In this document: piece by piece, positions 63,893 through 64,000 of the stretch
Layout: every line of letters begins with the position of its first letter
How positions within the stretch are numbered: position 1 is the first letter of the stretch
Source of the DNA: a virus
DNA length: 64,000 bases
Direction: 5' to 3' (one strand)
IMG/VR virus record: IMGVR_UViG_3300031746_000003
Coordinates: 56,345-120,344 of that record
Notes under the pieces: model-generated
What the model saw: the letters and a program-made list of their open reading frames with translations, nothing else
Told to the model about the DNA's origin: nothing
The model's database searches: none
Program-made: the position numbers and the translations under genes

Positions 63893-63986
63893 GCGCGGGT
63901 AGCTCAGAGAACATCGAAAGGTGTGGGAAGAGCGCTTGGCCTAGCAATAGGTCAAGAGGTCGCTGGTTCAAATCCAGCCCTGCGCT
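63893..63986 (+). ncRNA. tRNA-like RNA lacking a canonical anticodon loop
   Basis: Acceptor GCGCGGG/CCTGCGC, U8-A9, D stem GCTC/GAGC, T arm GCTGG-TTCAAAT-CCAGC; anticodon arm is CTTGGCCTA-GCAA-TAGGTCAAG. Confidence 0.8.
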
Positions 63987-64000
63987 CTGGGGTGTGCTTC

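Larger units (their letters stand above)
1..64000. other. Segment of a large contractile-tailed bacteriophage (jumbo-like myovirus) genome
   Basis: Sheath, tube, tail chaperone, tape measure, baseplate and fibre genes; dense ATGA/TAATG-coupled small ORFs; phage-type sigma factor and GroES; no host housekeeping operons, no integrase. Confidence 0.93.

Noticed and set aside
63935-63956. Reading the element as a normal tRNA-Leu(TAG), tRNA-Ala(AGC) or amber suppressor (CTA)
   Set aside because: No register gives a 5-bp stem with a 7-nt loop and U33; the CTAGCAA register leaves three extra bases that pair back, and the G3-U70 Ala determinant is absent
1-64000. Alternative genetic code (stop-codon reassignment)
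   Set aside because: Long genes are intact in code 11, and TAG, TGA and TAA all end genes at sensible coupled junctions
1-64000. CRISPR array, diversity-generating retroelement, retron, integrase/att site or IS element
   Set aside because: No regularly spaced repeats with unique spacers, and no reverse transcriptase, recombinase or transposase motifs were seen
63987-64000. GGGGTGTG as the start of another tRNA or tmRNA
   Set aside because: Truncated by the window edge; too short to support

Overview
The whole window looks like part of a large, tailed dsDNA (jumbo-like) myovirus genome read in the standard genetic code; the host cannot be determined from the sequence. Virion genes are dispersed: neck/tail completion, a 1051-aa tail sheath and tail tube (2-9 kb), a tail assembly chaperone with a GGGAAAT -1 slippery site (17-19 kb), tape measure, tube initiator and baseplate hub (28.6-37.8 kb), and baseplate and fibre genes (47-63.7 kb). 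Between them lie many small unknown and Zn-ribbon genes plus GroES, GIY-YIG, RimI-like GNAT, RNase HII, DUF932-like and AAA_33 kinase genes. The most notable signals are: (1) a tRNA-shaped RNA at 63893-63986 whose anticodon loop is replaced by a 9-bp stem with a GCAA tetraloop and whose D-loop carries an extra GAAA hairpin; (2) a family of Gly/Ala-rich proteins sharing a K-x-A motif (putative prohead-protease sites), including a FliA/SigB-like sigma factor that may be packaged in the virion; (3) a repeated promoter NCAAW-N15-GG(G/T)ATAA in front of accessory cassettes, often with 5' leader hairpins; (4) three covarying 3' hairpins with loop GACTGC(C/A)AA; (5) two divergent gene pairs sharing one CATG for both start codons. 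All functional calls rest on motif recognition by eye, not database searches.
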